NCBI RefSeq assembly: GCF_001194135.2
Contig: NC_068998.1
Location: 10,535,924-10,578,887, forward strand
Length of the DNA: 42,964 nucleotides
Direction of reading: 5' to 3'
Source of the DNA: Octopus bimaculoides
Lineage: Eukaryota
The position numbers and the translations under genes are program-made. The notes under the pieces are model-generated. The model did not search any database. It saw only the letters and a program-made list of their open reading frames with translations, and was not told the DNA's origin. Numbering within the stretch: the first letter of the stretch is position 1; each line of letters starts with the position of its first letter. Positions 10,390-24,346 of this stretch are shown here, piece by piece.

Positions 10390-10946
10390 AAAGGAGAGAT
10401 TTTAATATAAACGCAAATAATGAAGGTAAGATTTATGCAGACATTACAAGTTTCTTTCATTGCACGCGCCCCGTTTANNNNNNNNNNNNNNNNNNNNNNN
10501 NNNNNNNNNNNNNNNNNNNNNNNNNNNNNNNNNNNNNNNNNNNNNNNNNNNNNNNNNNNNNNNNNNNNNNNNNNNNNNNNNNNNNNNNNNNNNNNNNNNN
10601 NNNNNNNNNNNNNNNNNNNNNNNNNNNNNNNNNNNNNNNNNNNNNNNNNNNNNNNNNNNNNNNNNNNNNNNNNNNNNNNNNNNNNNNNNNNNNNNNNNNN
10701 NNNNNNNNNNNNNNNNNNNNNNNNNNNNNNNNNNNNNNNNNNNNNNNNNNNNNNNNNNNNNNNNNNNNNNNNNNNNNNNNNNNNNNNNNNNNNNNNNNNN
10801 NNNNNNNNNNNNNNNNNNNNNNNNNNNNNNNNNNNNNNNNNNNNNNNNNNNNNNNNNNNNNNNNNNNNNNNNNNNNNNNNNNNNNNNNNNNNNNNNNNNN
10901 NNNNNNNNNNNNNNNNNNNNNNNNAGATTGATTGATAGATAGATAT

Positions 10947-11024
<78 letters not shown>

Positions 11025-12045
11025 GGATGGATAGCTGGATAGATAGGTAGGTAGATAGAAAAATAGATAGATATTTAGGAGTCGGTTATAGATTTACTTA
11101 TTGAATTTATTTACCGATAGTGTTGTACATAAGGTAAATGTGTTTGTAAGTTGTGGCTTCTTTGGTATGTTTGTTCCTAAACAACACTTATTTTTGTGCT
11201 GTTGACACCACCGGATTGAATGGTACTGCCGAGGTGTCGAAACCATAATGATATCCGTGGGGCAGCTGATGATGGCGGCATGTTGGATTGGTGTTATGGT
11301 TGGTTTTGTATATGTGGAATAGTATCATAACACATCCTTTTGATATATATATATAGTTCCATCCCACCGACATCAATTTGCTTGTTATACTTTCGGAGTC
11401 AATAAAATTAAGCACCATTCTAATAACAGGGTCGATTACATCGCCTGAGCTCTTCCCTTAAATGTTGATGATCTGTCTAATTTAGAAGCGATTATTAGCG
11501 AGAGAACAACCTTCTGAATTCAAACGCCGAAATCAACGCATTAATAATGAGCATGCTTTAACTCACGCCTCCGGGTTTTGTGAGGTTTCTGGAGACTGGA
11601 AACTAAATCCATTACTTAGAAAGAAAAATAAATGAATAAATAAATAAATGCTCTGTATTAAGTGAAGCCTTCGTTGTACAAAATCTGCTTTTCTGTTATA
11701 GCTCTGGCATGTATCTCAACTCTATATGCAAAGTGGTGTCAAGTGATGAACAAAGGCGTCATAGCCAAAAGCTACGAAGCTTACCAGATAGGCATGAAGC
11801 TGAGCGTCGATATAATTCTACCACCTGAACCACATATATTCATCTTCACACAAATACATATATACACATATAAATGCACAGAGACAGACTAAATTTTACT
11901 AAACGGTAAGACAGGCATACGGAAGAAATTCATTTCCGGTGAACTCTCTCTATACGTCTATTTATATACATATACATGTCAATTTAGCTACATGTCGGAA
12001 TGTAAGCCTCTCTCTATCTGTAGATACTATATTGACCTATTTTCT

Positions 12046-12085
<40 letters not shown>

Positions 12086-12107
12086 CCTACCTACCTACCT
12101 ACCTACC

Positions 12108-12140
<33 letters not shown>

Positions 12141-12220
12141 GCCTATCTATCTACCACCTACCTATTTATCTACCTACCTACATACCTACCTACTTATCTA
12201 CCTATTTATCTACATGTTTA

Positions 12221-12251
<31 letters not shown>

Positions 12252-13317
12252 TGTCTAAATACTTATATAAGATATTCTATGCTGATCTATTTTCTCGTTA
12301 TACCTGTATGTATCTGTCTAGACAAATATATAGTATATAAAGACAGAGAGACAGGCTGATATATACAGATAACGAAAAGATAACACATACAGGAAAGAAA
12401 ATGACAGATTGACACTCTGACAAATTGTTATGCATATACCTATACATACGTATAAGTAGATAAATCGAAATATTTCACAGGAAATGAATTCCTTCCGTAT
12501 GAAAAATCCTTAGGCACTGAAGTGCCTAAGGATTTTCATTTCCCTGTAGTGAACTTTTAATAGGTGAAACTATGGGTGTTGTAAGAAAATGTGGAATACA
12601 CACACAAACACATACAAACACACACACAAATACACTTTTATTTAACGATACATAATTTAGAATTATATATATAAACATGAAACTTTTACAGATATGCATT
12701 TTCTCATTTGAATGAATGCCCAAGCATATTTTTGTTACAAATATCGTGCTTTATATTTCAAAATACAGTTACTCGAAAAGCGACTGATATCCACCTAACT
12801 TCGTGTTATCATAAATAATCTTGTGAGCATCAGCTGACTTTTGCCATTAATAACATGTAATGGTTGTAATGAGGTTTAAATAGAACAAACAGAATAAAAT
12901 TTTAAGAAAAAATGTCTGTTCATCGTCAACAAAAACGAGAGTTTGGTACCAGACAAATACTCGTTAGTTAACATTTGGTCTTCTATACAGCAAAATAATT
13001 CCTGAAATAGCAAATGTACCAATTTCCTGATCGATTAGATATGAATGACTAAAGAAAATGTATCAAGTAATACAAAGTACGTCTAGATAGGTTATTAAGA
13101 CTATTATTGAGATTAAACAACGTGAGACAATGGGAAAATGTAGAAAGAGTTCAGGTATATTTTCTATTTCATTTTTCTATATTCATCCAATGCTCAGACG
13201 TAGTTCAGAACACCCTAGCTGATCACATGGCTGAAAACAACAAATAAAAACAATACATTCGTTAGCAGTTGTTTGTGGTTACCTATATTTGATTTAGTAT
13301 GAAAAAATATATGTATA

Positions 13318-13470
13318 GGCGCAGGTATGGCTGTGTGGTTAAGAAGCATGCTAACCAACCATGTTGTTTAGGTTCACTCCCACAATCCGGCACCATAGGT
13401 AAATGTCTACTACTATAGCCCCGACCCGACCAAAGCCGTCTGAGTGGTGAGAGACTGAAAGCAACTCTTC
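13318..13470 (+). mobile_element. CORE-type SINE, head plus CORE (another head at ~13595-13645)
   Basis: ggcgcaggtatggctgtgtggttaagaagc...ggcaccataggtaaatgtctactactatagcc. Confidence 0.7.
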
Positions 13471-13972
13471 GTTGCTGACAAAATGAGATTTTGGCCATAG
13501 AAAATTTGCCTTAATGAAATCTGTCTAAGCCATGCAAGCATGGAAAAGTGAAACTTGATACAATTATATAAACATTACATTTGTGTGCGCATATGGCTGC
13601 AGGATTGGCTGTGTGGTAAGAAGCTTGCTTCCCAACCCATGGTTCCGCACTTCGTGGTCGAATAATATCTGAACAACACGATCTGTTTATAATGATTTAT
13701 TGTATGTGCCAATTGTTGATGTCTTACACGCCTCGATTCTTAAGGAATCCTTGAAATTAACATGCATATACATATATATATGTACTATCCAGCTGTTTTC
13801 AGAACTCTCCGGAGATACTATTGTATATCCGTATCGGCAAGTGTGATTTTTGTTTCGAGAATATCATACCTCCATTGAGATGAAGAGTTTCACCTCGAAT
13901 TACTCAGATTGGCAATCTTCGAACGATTTACGTTTTGTCTTCTGCCTAGCTAATTATTATTATTATTAGTAA

Positions 13973-14035
<63 letters not shown>

Positions 14036-14400
14036 GAGTAGTAGTAGTAGTAGTATTCATATGCGCGCACGCACGCACACACACACACACACACACACAC
14101 ATATTTGTANNNNNNNNNNNNNNNNNNNNNNNNNNNNNNNNNNNNNNNNNNNNNNNNNNNNNNNNNNNNNNNNNNNNNNNNNNNNNNNNNNNNNNNNNNN
14201 NNNNNNNNNNNNNNNNNNNNNNNNNNNNNNNNNNNNNNNNNNNNNNNNNNNNNNNNNNNNNNNNNNNNNNNNNNNNNNNNNNNNNNNNNNNNNNNNNNNN
14301 NNNNNNNNNNNNNNNNNNNNNNNNNNNNNNNNNNNNNNNNNNNNNNNNNNNNNNNNNNNNNNNNNNNNNNNNNNNNNNNNNNNNNNNNNNNNNNNNNNNN

Positions 14401-14435
<35 letters not shown>

Positions 14436-14959
14436 TTATATACGCATATGTATGTATATATGTGTGTAGATAGTGTATATATCCTGATATATATAATTAC
14501 ACATATATATATATGCATGTATATATACGTATGTATATGTATAGGCATATATATCTATATATGTGTGTATATATATAAATCTATATATATATATATATAT
14601 GTATATACATGTATATATGTATATATAATATATATACATATATATATATATATATGTGTGTGTGTGTAAGTATGTATGTATTTATGTATGCATGCCTATA
14701 TATACACACACATATGATTGGTGGACTTAGGTAAATTAATTCACCGTGTCTGAAGATAAATATGCTCTACGGGAAAAAAGTATTTAGATATTATGTATTA
14801 TTTCCAGCATTAACTGCATAATAGATTCCAGATTTCTTATCAGGTTGCAGATAAATGCTCTGGAATATCGACCCACACACGTAGCTATCGATTACTACTT
14901 ATTACTTCGACGGATATTCCTAGAGACTTGCTAACAAAACACTGCGTTTAAAACGCAAT

Positions 14960-15375
14960 GGCTGCAAGCGTTGCTATGTGGTTAAGAAGTTCTGTTTGCC
15001 GCTTCGTGGTGTCTGGTTCGATAGCTCGAACCTACTGCACGGCACCTTAAGCACAATGTCTTTCTGTCGTAGATGTGTGTCGAGAAAAGCCCTGTGAGTG
15101 AAATTTTTGTAGAGGGGGAAACTATTTGGGAACCTTTCATATGAACAGCTTCTGTCATTTGGTCGAAGACGTAGACTATCGCCCGGTTTAACACCATCAT
15201 TTGGTCCTTTTTACAACCATTTAGATCTCCGATTTGAGGATAACGCCTTGGTCTCCTCTTCCCTCCCCTCCTCACACCACTACCTTTATAGAGAACCTGA
15301 AGTGGGGTCAGTGGGGTGTTGGGTTCTTTACGTTCCTGTGACTTAGAGGATCGATCACAGACTCCGATACAGTTT
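14960..15375 (+). mobile_element. Degenerate CORE-type SINE with ~200 bp of unrelated sequence inside
   Basis: Head/CORE at ~14960-15125 and tail remnant tttacgttcctgtgacttag at ~15325-15375. Confidence 0.5.
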
Positions 15376-16029
15376 GTATGTATGTATGTATCTATGTACG
15401 TTGTATGTATGCCTGTATGTATAAACCTATATATAACTCTATATATGTGTGTACATCTGTGCATATGTATGTATATATGAGTGTATATCTGTCCGTCTGC
15501 ATGTCTACATGTATGCGTGCATGTATGTATGTATGTATGTATGTATGTATGTATGTATGTATGTCTTTGGCGTAAGCAAGATTAGTGAATGTCAATATCG
15601 ATCGTATTATATTACATAATATTACACAGTAGTATCCGTGATAATTCCGAAGTTATTTTGAAAACCAAGATTGGTGGCAGTTTACAAAAGTCCACGATAT
15701 ACATAATTTCTTTTGAAATAGCATTTTTTTCCTCGCTTTCTGAAGTGCTTGCTTCTTGAGATGGTGTAAAATCTACAAAGTTAATATTGAAGGTGTTGTC
15801 ATAGAAGACGACACGTACGAAAACTATATTCTTTCTTATACACTTGTCACCTCTTCTTATCTTTAGAGACTTTATCTAATATTTTTCTCTGTATTTTAAA
15901 AAGCAAACGATCTTAACTACAGAACAACATCGAAGATATAATCTGTATATATAATATTATTTTGCTATGGTACGATAAGGTTGGTGACGTTTGAACAAAT
16001 TGTAACCTACCGTACTCTCTCTTTTATTT

Positions 16030-16410
16030 TCAGAGAAAGTGCATAGAGCCGGTTTCTGATCTAGATCCAAGGCTCTTTCATTGGAATTTCAACAACATCA
16101 AGTACTTTTGTATTCATTAATGTATGTATGTATATGTGCAACTTTGCATGTTTTTTTATGTATGTATTCTCATGCATATACTTGCATATCTAAACATGCT
16201 CATATATACTTAAATGCTAAACTTCTGGAAAGCTTTACAGATTTTTACAGTTCCAGTGATGGTTTGGATCTGTAGTTTTCGAATCAGCTTTCTCCTTTTT
16301 GGTTTTGAGAAGCCAATTTTCTCAAGATTGATATTTAGGCAGTGTGCTACATGTCCCAGTGCTCCAGTAATTACAGGTATAAACCTGAACTTGTAATCTG
16401 AACAGAGTAG
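16030..16410 (-). mobile_element. 3' end of an RLE-type non-LTR retrotransposon (R4/Dong-like), 5'-truncated
   Basis: Open minus frame 16410-16210: LLCSDYKFRFIPVITGALGHVAHCLNINLEKIGFS...RKLQIQTITGTVKICKAFQKFSI*. The IPVxxGALG...LQ..T..GT.KI motif is typical of RLE-LINE C-termini. The 3'UTR resembles that of the copy at 28211-28478. Confidence 0.7.
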
Positions 16411-16689
16411 CTATGTATGTATGTATGTATGTATGTATGTATGTATGTATGTATGTGTGTGTGTGTGTATGTGTGTGTATGTTGTTGCCAGTTGACACAA
16501 GTCTAGAATACTGCGTTAGCCACGTGACATGTTTGTTGATACAGAACTAATGTTTGATTAGTTAATTGTTTGTTACATTATTTTACGGTTGGTTGGTTGG
16601 TTGGATGGTTGGTTGGTTCCTCAGTTCATTAGTTATTTGACTATTAATAACAGACAACAATGTTATTGATGTGATTTAATTAGTATTTT

Positions 16690-17129
16690 TCTGCCATTCT
16701 CTTTCTCTCCCTCTCTTTCTCTCTTTCTCTCCCTCACGCACACCCTCATACACACAAATGCACATACACACACACACATACACACACACATACACACACA
16801 CACACACACAAACACAAACACACCCTGTCATGTCAGAAACTATCAAGCACATACACGCTCTCGTTCATTCGCAATCACATTTTACCTGTCTGTCTGTCTG
16901 TCCGTCGGCTTGCCTGTCCGTCAGTCTGCCTGTCTCTCTCTTTCTCTCCCTCTCTGTCACTCTTTCTCTCTCTCTCCTCTCCCTTCCCCTCTCTCTCACT
17001 CTGTCACTCCCCCTCTCTCTCCCTATCTCTCTCTCACACACGCGCACACACACAAACATGCGAGGATTTGTTTCTATCATATACAAGTACACACGCATAC
17101 ACAAGCTTTGTCGTTCATAGACATTCACA

Positions 17130-17165
<36 letters not shown>

Positions 17166-17208
17166 CTTTCTCTCGCTTTTTCCTCATATATATATACACT
17201 TTCTCTCT

Positions 17209-17284
<76 letters not shown>

Positions 17285-17383
17285 GCACACACACGCACAA
17301 CGTGCGCGCACACACACACAAAACTCACAGTTGAGCACACATACAAGACAACAAAAAAAGCGACAAAGAATGAGGAGACAGAC

Positions 17384-17422
<39 letters not shown>

Positions 17423-17424
17423 GG

Positions 17425-17495
<71 letters not shown>
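16690..17495. repeat. Compound microsatellite block (CA, CT, GTCT, GATA, GA). Similar simple-repeat blocks at 103-182, 1871-1950, 5520-5600, 6600-6930, 10925-11030, 12050-12250, 13970-14700, 23174-23250, 30380-30540, 35500-36270, 38500-38605, 39325-39500, 40150-40270, 42760-42845
   Basis: Read directly; these blocks generate most of the low-complexity ORFs in the track. Confidence 0.95.
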
Positions 17496-17497
<2 letters not shown>

Positions 17498-18599
17498 TGT
17501 GTGGTGGGGGAGACAGTGACGAGCCCGATGGGTAAACATCTAAGATAAATACTTATCGATTTAGAAGGCATTCATTGTCAGTTTCAACGAAGATCGATAG
17601 GTCGATACGTCGAAACATTTTACATAAACTAAATATCTTGTTAAGGAATCAATGAATAACAACACTGATGATTTACAATTTATAGCTATCGACCATTACA
17701 TATCGACAGAGGAAAAATAAGACAATTAGTTCTTGGTAGGATATGGAGCCTGTCAATGTCCATAAGATAGAGTGACGTAACTTTAAGATATATTAAGTAG
17801 ATCATGGTCATAGCTGTGCCGTTAAGAAGGTCAATTCGCAACAACGTGGTTCTAGTTTCGCACCGTGGGCATTTCCTACACGTGGGCATTTCGCTCACAC
17901 ACATTTCGATGAATTTCGTACACAGAAAAAATGAACGAAAGCCCGTTGTCTACCCCACCACACACACACACACACACACGCACACACGTATGTATGTATT
18001 TATGTATTTATGTATGTATGTAAGCAAACCTGCACGCATATGTATAAGACTGTGTGTATGTATGTAAGTATATATATGTACGCATGATGCAAAATACGGT
18101 GAAGTCTATGCTTCCCTGACGAGACCATAATAAGAGCGAAGCATGCCCTCATTTATCTCCTGTACTTGTCATATTAATTAAAGTAATATAAATCATAAAA
18201 TCAATATCACCATTAATGCTGCTATTCTTTTTAACTGCATAATTATAATTTCTAGTTAGTGAATTATTATCTTTTTAATGTTCCCTGAATTAACAATGTT
18301 AAATATTTGATAAGTAACCTATTCTTTCTAATTCAAGGTAAAAATCAACTCTTTCGAGAGGAGCCACTTTGCCTGGCGTGCTGACGATTCTGCCAGTTCG
18401 TCGCTTCCACCTACCTAAGTTATATTAAACAGAGAAATTTGTCCGACGCCTTTTAAATTATTACAGCATCACCACCTGCCCACCTATATGTGAACACTAA
18501 TGTAAAGGGCATGTCAGAGATAGAATAGACACACTTAGTTGCGTAGAGATTTTTTTTAATGCACAGTGAATGCATATTCAACATTTATGACATTGATGA

Positions 18600-18815
18600 A
18601 ATACATTTAGTTTTGCTGACAAATTCTATTTATGCTTTGCTCAAAATTCTGTTTAGTCTTCCCGAAAAAACATATTTAGTCTGGCCGAGAATATATATTT
18701 AGTCTTGCTCAAAAACATATTTAGTTTTACTGAAAAAGAAAAATAGCAAAAACATAATTGGTTTTGCTGGGGAAAAAAAGCTATTTAGTTTTACAAAAAT
18801 ATATTTAGACTTGCT
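18600..18815. repeat. Degenerate ~21-22-bp minisatellite (core atatttagtcttgct), about 9 units
   Basis: Recurring tatttagt(c/t)tt(g/a)ct...aaaa. Confidence 0.7.
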
Positions 18816-19260
18816 TTCCGCTTCTAAAACGGGAATTTTCCACTCTGATTAAGGCTCTGAGGTTTTTTTGAAAAAAAAAACAAAAAATCACGACGAATCG
18901 TGATGCAAGTGTATCACTGTGCCTCGGTGAAATGGCGGCATTTATGACAAATATTTGCTTAGTAAAATTGTATTTTCAATCGCTGCTGTACAAAATTGAT
19001 TAAAAAGATTAATATAAAAGATTTAATATTGGAGCAAGTGTAATGGAGTAAGTGGAGCAAGAGCACACACGAAAAGTGTCGCTGAAGAGGTCACAGATGT
19101 GTGACGAAAGATTTCCGGACAATGGACATGAGTTAAAATAAGAACAGTGATAAACGAGTGACGAATAAAATGTATATAGTGCGTGTGTTTATTTGACAAA
19201 AAGAAAAGAAAAGAATGACCGTCCCAAAATACAACAATATCAAAATTTTTGTCTAACATC

Positions 19261-19457
19261 AAGGCAGTGAGCTATCAAAATCGTAAGCATGCCAGACAAA
19301 GATGCTTACTGGTATTTCTTCCGGTTTTAGGTTCTGAGTTCAAATTCCATCATATGCTGACATTCCTTTCGGGGTCGATAAAATAAGCAGAAGTTTAGCA
19401 GTGGGAGTAGATGTAATCGACTGACCCTTCTGCCAAATTTTCAGGCCTGATTACCTT
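19261..19457 (+). mobile_element. tRNA-derived Meta/MESC-type SINE (OR1-like), tail type A
   Basis: aaggcagtgagctatcaaaatcgtaagca...ttctgagttcaaattcc...cctttcggggtcgataaaataag...caaattttcaggcc. The domain name is from memory. Confidence 0.7.
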
Positions 19458-20029
19458 TCGTCTTTTACTTGTTTCAGTCATTAGACTGCGGCCATGCCAG
19501 GACATCGCCTTGAAGAATAGTCGAACGAATCGCCCCCAGTGCTTATTATTTTTGGTAGAGCCTCATACTTATTTTATCGATCTCTTTTGCCAAACCTCTA
19601 AGTTACAGGGACGTAAACCGATTATCAAACAGTGGTCACACACACACACACACAAGGCAGTGAGCTAGCAGAAACGTTAGCACGCCGGGCGAAATGCTTA
19701 GCGGTATTTCGTCTGTCTTTATGTTCTGAGTTCAAATTCCGCTGAGGTCGACTTTGCCTTTCATCCTTTCGGGGTCGATTAAATAAGTACCAGTTACGCA
19801 CTGAGGTCGATATAATCGACTTAATCCGTTTGTCTGTCCTTGTTTGTCCCCTTTGTGTGTAGCCCCTTGTGGGTAGTGAAGAAATAACACACACACACAC
19901 ACATACATATACGACGGGTTTCTTTCAGTTACCGTCTATCAAATCCACTCACAAGGCTTTGACACTTCCCCAAGGTGCCACGCCGTGGGACCGAACCTGG
20001 AACCAAGTGGTTGGGAAGCAAACTTCTTA
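19458..20029 (-). mobile_element. CORE-type SINE (OR2-like) split by a nested SINE insertion
   Basis: Tail at 19458-19630 and head/CORE at 19909-20029, both on the minus strand. The central (CA)n is interrupted by a plus-strand Meta-type SINE. Confidence 0.75.
19654..19886 (+). mobile_element. Meta/MESC-type SINE, full length, tail type B, nested in a CORE-SINE
   Basis: aaggcagtgagctagcagaaacgttagcacgccgggcg...gagttcaaattccgctgaggtcgactttgcctttcatcctttcggggtcgattaaataagtaccag...tgtttgtcccc...gaaata, flanked by (CA)n on both sides. Confidence 0.85.
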
Positions 20030-20932
20030 GCTTTTTTCCCGATGACAGTTAAACGTTCTATAGAGAATTGGAACTATAGATAGACAAGCGTCCGTCTATG
20101 ATCATATTACAAGAAATAAACGACGGATCAACATTAAAAAGACTCCATGAATTTCTAAAATTGGTTTCTTCTTTTTTATTTCTTCCTGCTTAGTAATCCA
20201 TTTCCTTGACTGATAATCTAAGCAAACACTACTTCGTTTAGGATCACTGTGTTTTTGTTACGGAGTAATGTAAACAGCTCTTTCCAGCGAGAAAAAAATC
20301 TTTCAAACGATAGGGTTACGAAACTATGCATCAGCAAAAGAATGTGTGACTGAAATTACGTTTACAGCGTTTGCAGCTATTAGTGGATAAGTTAATTTAA
20401 CGTTAAGTATATATAGCAACTGAGATGCAATAAAAAACACAACGTCATTGGGGGTTTTTTTTCACTCTTAAGTTTGCAGTTATTGTCAGTCATTTAAAAA
20501 ATCTAATTTATTGCTTTTCATCAGTTTATAAACTGTAAGCCTATTCAAAAACAAATATTATGTCGTAGAACAGAAGGAAGATCTCGTATGATGTGAAATT
20601 CAAACTAAATGTAATGGAGTAGAATAACACACATGCACATACACACACAGGGAGCAATAAATTGGTGATCAAAGGAAGTCAACTCCGAAATGCCTCATCA
20701 CATTCTGTGAAGAAACTCTGAACTGCATTGGCTTCGTTACTACGAAATGGAAATTAATCCGCAGGAATGGATTTTAGAACTTCGCTTCATTGACTGTATT
20801 GTTTGTTACTCGCTCTACTTCTCGCCTACGCGTTCTGCGTATCACTAAGGAACTGGGACGAATTTAAGGCAACAAACAGTTGCTGCACTTCGCCTTATGA
20901 ACCGACATGATTTGTACTGTTAATTCTTATGC

Positions 20933-21150
20933 CTTTACTTGTTTCAGTCATTTGACTGTGGCCATGCTGGAGCACCGCTTTCAGGGGTTTTAGTCAAACA
21001 AATCGACCCCAGGACTTATTTTTTGATTAGCCTAGTATTTATTCTATCGGTCACATTGGCCGAACCGCTAGGTTATGAAGACGTAAACATACCAACATCG
21101 GTTATCAAGTGATGGTGGGGGACAATTACAGACTCAAAGACACACACAGA
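20933..21150 (-). mobile_element. CORE-type SINE, 3' half
   Basis: tttacttgtttcagtcatttgactgtggccatgctggagcaccgc...gccgaaccgctagg is the reverse complement of the family tail. Confidence 0.8.
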
Positions 21151-23171
21151 TAAATTAAGTGACAGTTGCATACTGGGGTCGATCTAATCGACTGGCCCCC
21201 TCCTCCCAAAATTTCGGGCCTTGTGCCTAGAGTAGAAAAGAATATTCAACCAATTCAATGTCTAACTGATATTTGAATCAGCTAAAATTCGATAGTTCAA
21301 CCTGATAAAAATAGCAACTAAATCGCCTTCAAATCACATGCTACCGTCTGAAAAAATGGATTAGATGGGAACGGACATCTTGGATAGAACTTTAATCCAG
21401 GATATGACATGTATGAAAATAAGGAATGATGATCACAAATGGAACACCTTTGACTAAAGTTCTGCTCGATCAGGGTTAATGTGTTGCTGAACGACATCGA
21501 CGATAATAACAACGACAACAACAACAATGGCACTAACAATGATGTCGTCGACGACGCTGACGACACCTGCAAGTATATTGCTATCTTATTTCTGTCTCCA
21601 GCAATTTACGTCTTAGCATTCAAAATGTCTGGAAAAACAAAGTGAATCGAAGGAAGGACGTGAAGTTGCGTGACTCATCACACACATAACACGCAAACAC
21701 GCATATACATATATACATATTCATAAGCACTGACATATATGCATAAGTGTATGTATGTATGTAAGTGTATGTAAGTATCTTTGCGTAATATGTATGTATG
21801 CATCCATCTGTCTGTTATGTTATGTATGTATTTAGGTAGTGTACGGATATCACAATTCGATATCCTCTATTAGACCTTGACAATCAATTTCCGTTCTTTC
21901 TAACGAAGATTCCTCGGCATGATTTAAAGTTACATTCATTGCTCTAAATACGTGAGACGGAGCCATTACCTATTTTCTTGTTTATTTTTTACCACTGACC
22001 AAAACCGTAATCTAAACCGAAGCCTATTATATGCAAGCGTATATCTCACTATATGGAGGCAGCTTGGCCGACTGGTTCGGAAGGTCGCTTTTCAAGCTTG
22101 AAGTCTCTGGATCGATACAACTGCGCAGTACTTATCGTAAGTATCTTCTGTCTTTGAGTTGATTTATCCAAAGACTTGTGCAAAACATGGGTATTTATTT
22201 TCTTATTTTATGTCTTTTAATCAATAGGGAAGGCAGTACTTATGGTCCTTTACATGGCGGGTGGGAGAGAGAAAGGGGATGGTATTTTCAAACCAGAAAC
22301 CTGTACCGAATGCTTGCAACCGAGTGGACACTACTAAAGGCACCAGGTGTACCCGACAGATGGAACTCATGGGTATTTAAAGACGGTCCACCTTGTACCC
22401 TTACACTGTTTTAACATGTGTTGATTTTCCTGTTGATCTGATCAAACTGGAACAAATCGGACAATTATCTATGGAACCGACACAAAAACATCCTTGAACT
22501 CATCAAATTACGATCAAATTCTGAGACAACACTGTCTGTCTGTCTGTCTGTCTGTATCTATTTCTCTCTATTTCTCTTTCTGTGTGTGTGTTCCTCTCTC
22601 TTTCTCTCTCATTTTCTTGCTCTTTCTCCTTCGCTCTTCTCATTTAATCAATTTACGCTTCGCTGAACAAAGACACAGTCCTCCCGAGGCCTTAACTAAA
22701 CCGAATTTCAGTCGAATATTTTGGGTTTCAAAGGAAGGCAAAGGCGAAGGAAAAAGAATTACAAAATACAAACATAAATAAAATAGATTACAGAGAACCA
22801 AGACAATTAGAAACAGAATCAAACAAAAGTCAATCACCCATACTTCATTTCCAATTAACTGACGAGTATTCATATAAATTTTCAAATCGATGAAAAAAAA
22901 ATGTAAAAGAAAAAAAGAAAAAAAAATCATTATTTCACCATCACCGTCGCCGCCATCATTTACCCTTCCAGAATGGAAGAAGTCGATAGTTTCAAGAAAA
23001 ATTTGCCAAAAATTTGGAGAAAAAAATGTGCTCCCATACACATGTATATAACTATCTATCTGATTTTTCTTTCATCATCATCATCATCACACACACACAC
23101 ACACAGTGTCTCGATTGAAAAAGTAAAATTAATGGAATAAGTTAAAATGTAATTCAAACTGAAAGCAAGGC

Positions 23172-23250
<79 letters not shown>

Positions 23251-23775
23251 GCCCTGATACAGTACCAGGCAGTGGCTCTCATGGCTTTTGATCTTAACTG
23301 ACTAGAAGTGTTATCATGTATACGTTTTGTCTTGGTATAAAAGATGGGCTACAGCAAATATTCTGCTTAATACCACAGATTTGCTTGTCATTTGTTTAAC
23401 CTTAACCCGTTGAGTATGTCCCTTGGTGGCTGACAATATGTGCATCTCTGATCACGAGCAGGAGTAGTCGGAGAGCATCATAGCCATGTGTTGAGAGAAA
23501 TTCTATGGAGTTTGAATAATTCACCTCTGGAAACATGGGTGTTTCTTTCCTTATCCTTAAACAATACTTATTCGGAGACCTTTCGATCAGGATGAGCCGT
23601 AACTGGGCTCCACCTGCAAGGCCATAAGCTGTTTATCTTCATATGAGATCACCATGTCGCGCACATATAGTTGTGATGTATGTGTCTGGCGTACTCTTAC
23701 AGAACGTGTAATCATGTGTATATTAGGCTTCGTACCCCAGTGTCACTTTGACAGCGTGTGCTACTCTTTCACACG
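23251..23775 (-). mobile_element. Probable 3' region of an unclassified retroposon with an (ATT)n tail
   Basis: A non-coding complex sequence abuts an (AAT)n tract (23174-23250) that reads as an (ATT)n tail on the minus strand. I recall it as a common Octopus repeat; not verified. Confidence 0.45.
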
Positions 23776-24129
23776 ATAATAACGATGAAGATGATGGTGA
23801 TGATTTCATGGTAGAGGCGATTAATTTTCTAAGCAACATTCAATGCAACGAGACTAACACATATTTTTGATTAATCGTAAAAACGTCTTAGCACAGAAAT
23901 TCTTCGTGTTATTTGATTATCTTCATATAGAGTGTTCAACTGCTCGACAGCTTTAAAAGCAGGTCAGATTTTTCCAATCATGGTTGGTTTAAATTACCTT
24001 AGAATTCATTTCCCGAGAGAAATTAATTATCATGAAATAAACAGTTTGTAGTAATAATATTTTTATGAATAATTTGCAATAGTTTTTATTAAGTTGGAAA
24101 AGAAAAATCAAAACAAAATTAATCTATAG

Positions 24130-24346
24130 TTATTTCTTTTTTGCCCACAGGACTGTAAACATAGAGGAGACAAACAAAGGGATTAAGTCGATTACATCGA
24201 CTCCAGTGCGTAAGTGGTACTTATTTAATCGACCCCGAAAGAATGAAAGAGAAAGTCGACCTCGGCGGAATCTGAACATAACGGTAGACGAAATACCTCT
24301 AAGCATTTCGCTCGGCGTGCTAACGATTCTGCCAGCTCGCCGCCCT
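24130..24346 (-). mobile_element. Meta/MESC-type SINE, full length, tail type B
   Basis: Reverse complement of the 19654-19886 copy, including the tail segment (plus strand gagacaaacaaagggattaagtcgatt). Confidence 0.85.

Noticed and set aside
16034-16110. Plus-strand acceptor ttttattttcag| with a short open frame (RKCIEPVSDLDPRLFHW)
   Set aside because: It is the antisense of the RLE-LINE 3'UTR and has only a weak donor.
22231-22414. Plus-strand acceptor-like site followed by an open frame (EGSTYGPLHGGW...)
   Set aside because: No good donor, no recognisable domain and no partner exons; it directly follows a degenerate SINE.
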